From assembly GCA_965649765.1 (NCBI GenBank), contig OZ287756.1, forward strand, positions 64,790,001 through 64,854,000: a stretch of DNA of 64,000 nt, written 5' to 3'. This DNA comes from Bispira polyomma. Lineage: Eukaryota. Positions 60,505-64,000 of the stretch are shown piece after piece. Every line of letters begins with the position of its first letter. The first letter of the stretch is position 1. The notes below the pieces were generated by a model. It saw only the letters and a list, made by a program, of their open reading frames with translations. It did no database searches and had not been told where the DNA came from. The position numbers and the translations under genes are program-made.

Positions 60505-63500
60505 GGTTATGGGCCCAGAATGTACTTTAATGGAGATGAGAGTAAATATGAGCTGTGGGAAATGAAATTTTTAGGACACATGAGGATAGTAAAATTGTAT
60601 GGTGTTTTTGGTGGTCCCGATGAACCAACACTGGCAAACAATGCATTAGGGTTTGCACAACTTATACAGTACCTCGATGACAGAAGTCTTAACCTGATCA
60701 TGCGAGATGCGAAAGATGACGGAAGGAAGGCATTGAAAATTCTCAGAGAGCATTACCTAGGAAAGGGAAAACCCCGTATTATATATCTCTACACACAGCT
60801 AACATCATTACAGATGCAAGAAGGTGAACCCATTACAGACTATTTAATAAGAGCTGAAACAATATCGACTGCATTAAAAACTGCTGGTGAAAGTATAAGT
60901 GACAGTTTGTTAATGGCCATGATTATGAAAGGACTACCAGACAAATACAACACGTTTTGTGCAGTGATGAGCCAGAAGGATGGTGAAAGTACATTCCTTG
61001 AGTTCAAAATTTCTCTCAAGTCGTTTGATGAAAATGATCGATATCGGCATACTTCAGAAAGCAAAGAAAGTGACAGAGTAATGAAGACACGTCCATTCAA
61101 CAAACCCTCTTCTAAAATCATGTGTTATACTTGTGGTCAGCCAAACCACAAATCTTACCAGTGTTCATCAAATGAGAAGTCAAGCAACCGTGGTGATACT
61201 TATGGCTACCGTGGTAACGGTCACCGACAAATCAACAATCGTACCAAGTGGTGCAGCAGGTGCAAGAGTTCATTACATACTGATCGAGAATGCAGAAAAC
61301 CAGGGAAAGACTCCGCGAAAACTGTATCTGGCGCTGGTGTGAATGAAAAAGAACAAGGGACTGTGGATGATCATAGTTTTGCCTTTAAGGTTGATTATGT
61401 TAAGTATAATGATGAAATAACTGTTGCATGTAATTCCGTCTTAGTTGATTGTGGGGCAACAGCCCATATTGTTACAAAAAGAGAGAATTTTATTTTATTC
61501 GATGATTCAGATACTAAGGCCCACTTTATTGAACTAGCAGATGGTAGTAGGTCAAACAATGTTGTGGTAGCGAAAGGAAATGCTTCTACTTCTGTTCATG
61601 ATAGTGACGGTGTAAAACATAAGGTACTGCTTGAAAATGCATTGTACATACCATCTTACAAACAAGATTTTTTTCTGTACAAGCAGCAGCAAGCAAAGGT
61701 GCCAACATAAATTTTGGTCCAAATAAAGCAGAAATCATAGCTCCAGATGGCACTGTATCCAATGTTAAAAAATCTGGTCGTTTGTACTATCTAAATTCTT
61801 TGATGAGCTCTGAAACTGCCCCTCGTACCAGTGAAGAATGGCACAAAACTATGGGTCACTGTAATACTCAAGATGTGTTGAAATTAGAAAGTGTCGTAGA
61901 TGGTATGAAAATTTCCGACAAATCCGATTTTGATTGTAATGTGTGTGTGATGGGCAAAATGCCCCAGTTCACAAATCGTAGTCAAGACAAAAAGGCCCAA
62001 ACTTTGTTTGAATTAGTGCATTATGACCTTGCAGGTCCAATCACCCCAGTAGCAAGAGAAGGTTACAAGTATTGTTCAATGTTTGTAGATGATTATTCTG
62101 GAATATCAATGGTATATTTCTTGAAAAATAAACTGACAACACTGAAGCTCTAAAAAGGTTTCTCGCCGATGTAGAACCTTTCGGCAAAGTAAAAACGGTG
62201 AGATCGGACAACGGGACTGAACTAACTTGTCATACTTTTGAATCTGTGTTAGTCGAAAACAAGATCAAGCACGAGTTTAGTGCACCTTATTCTCCGCACA
62301 AAAATGGTACCGTAGAACGTGGGTGGAGAATGATATTCGATATGGCTAGATGCCTTATAATAGAAGCGAAATTACCGAAATATCTATGGGCATATGCTGT
62401 ATATGCTTCTGTTTACATAAGAAATCGCTGCTACAATCACAGATTAAAGAAAACTCCTCATGAAGTACTTACAGGCAGAAAACCAAACCTAGGCAAAATG
62501 CACATTTTTGGAACAGACTGTTTTGCTTATGTACAAAACAAAACTCGATCCCCGCAGTCAGAGAGGAATATTTCTGGGCTATAATAAAAATAGCCCAGCA
62601 TACATTGTGTACTTTCCGGAACAAAACACAATAAAACGAGTTTGATGTGTAAAGTTCACCGACAAATTTAATGTAGGTCCGAAAAATGAGCAGTGTGACA
62701 GTAACATACCTATTGTAGGTGAAATGAGTGAACTCAGTTGTTGTACTGAAGAAACTGTTATCTCAAATGATAATGTACCTGAGAATACCGATAGAAGATA
62801 TCCAACTAGAAGTCGTGCTGAACCTGAATATTTGAAAGACTATGTAACTGTGGTAGAAGCATGCAATAACAATCCGAGTATAGATTATTTGTATGAATTA
62901 CATAATTTTGAAGCCCCCAAAACATATGGAGAGGCAATTGCTAGTGACAAATCAAAAGAGTGGCTGAATGCCATGAAAGAGGAAATGTGTGCCCTTGATG
63001 AAAATGAAACATTTGACTATACAGTATTACCACCAGGTGCAAATTTGATAGGTGGAAAATGGGTTTTTGCTATTAAACAAGATTCTAAGGGTAAGAGAAA
63101 ATACAAAGCCAGATATGTAGCAAAAGGGTATTCCCAAATTCCAAACATAGAACACACAGACACATTTTCACCAACGGCACGTATCACATCTGTTTGTATG
63201 CTAATGCAAATAGCCATGCAACAAAATATGACAGTACATCAGATGGATGTAAAAACAGCCTTCTTAAATGGGCAAATTGATTGTGAAATTTTTGTAGAAC
63301 AGCCAAACGGTTTTGAAAAATCTGAAAATAATGGTAAACAATTGGTTTGCAAACTTAGAAAATCATTGTATGGGCTAAAGCAAAGTGGACGTATTTGGAA
63401 TCAGTTGTTGCATGACTATCTTGTTGAAAATGGCTTTCAACAATTGTTGTCAGATTCATGTGTATATGTACAAGATAGTAAAAGATCTAAGGTTATTCTT

Positions 63501-64000
63501 GTTGTATGGGTTGATGACATCATAATTGCTTCAACAAATGATGAAGAATTATGTAAAGTCAAAAACATGCTCAATACAAAATTTAAGATGAAGGATATGG
63601 GTGCATTGTCACTGTTTTTAAACATCAATTTCACTTTTAAAGATGACTGTGTTGAGATGGATCAGGCAAGTTATGTTGACAAAATGTTGCAAAAGTTTAA
63701 AATGGAGGATTGTACGCCAAAAGGCACTCCTTGTGACTTAAGTGTGAATAAGTTAAGAACTAGTGATTCTACTCCTCTTGACGATCCAGAACTGTATCGA
63801 AAAATTGTTGGAAGTTTGATTTACATAATGACATGTACTAGACCAGACATATGTTACAGTGTAACAATGTTGTCCCAATTCCTGGTAAATCCAACCAAAG
63901 CTCATTTAGAATGGGCTAAACATGTCCTAAGGTATTTAAAGGGAACCCAAAATCAAAGCCTGAAACTTTTCAAATGTGAAACTTTACAGTTGTACGGTTT
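60481..64000 (+). pseudogene. copia gag-pol polyprotein, disrupted
   Basis: Zinc knuckles CYTCGQPNHKSYQC and CSRCKSSLHTDREC; protease LVDCGATAH; integrase WHKTMGH..CNVC, DLAGP, FVDDYS, RSDNGTE, NGTVER; RT YKARYVAKGYSQ, QMDVKTAFLNG, LYGLKQSGR, WVDD (63507..63518). Frameshifts near 61669, 62133 and 62545, and an in-frame TGA at 62643..62645. The RT frame is open from 62646 to the window end. Confidence 0.9.

Larger units (their letters stand above)
60282..64000 (+). mobile_element. Ty1/copia LTR retrotransposon, decayed, 3'-partial (runs off the window)
   Basis: 5' LTR TGTTG...CAACA (60282..60504), PBS GGTTATGGGCCCAG (60505..60518), and domains in copia order gag-PR-IN-RT. Confidence 0.95.

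Noticed and set aside
61668-61674. Programmed ribosomal frameshift at the T7 run between copia protease and integrase
   Set aside because: Explained by a 1-nt deletion from GAT ATT TTT TCT; copia elements usually have a single ORF and other lesions follow.

Overview
AT-rich, spliced eukaryotic DNA with no prokaryotic signals. The repeat families suggest an invertebrate, probably a lophotrochozoan (mollusc or annelid); this is inference. Two protein-coding genes converge tail to tail. (1) A rhodopsin-class neuropeptide GPCR of the allatostatin-A/galanin/kisspeptin receptor group (+, 16752..17936, intronless CDS). It has IRY in place of DRY, a uORF-rich leader, and a 3'UTR with candidate miR-92 and Pumilio sites. 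(2) A giant RNF213/mysterin-like AAA+ ATPase/E3 gene on the minus strand (at least 4,470 aa; 5' end outside the window). I rebuilt its exon chain from phase-compatible GT-AG junctions: micro-exons 57999..58058, a possible 53528..53569 and 52821..52877, then 46702..48449, a single 11,455-bp exon 31882..43336, and the last exon 31277..31369. The protein has no recognisable RING but keeps a compact RZ-finger-like motif, and its N-terminus is built from paralogous symmetric micro-exons. The remaining sequence is repeats: a young tRNA-derived SINE family with TSDs, an L2-type LINE 3' fragment with a triplicated tail, a Tc1 transposase remnant, TTAA-targeting MITEs, nested Helentron-type (HINE/DINE-1-like) elements with internal tandem arrays, a strand-asymmetric 97-bp satellite with higher-order structure, and a decayed Ty1/copia element (60282..>64000) with a half-tRNA primer site read inside gag.
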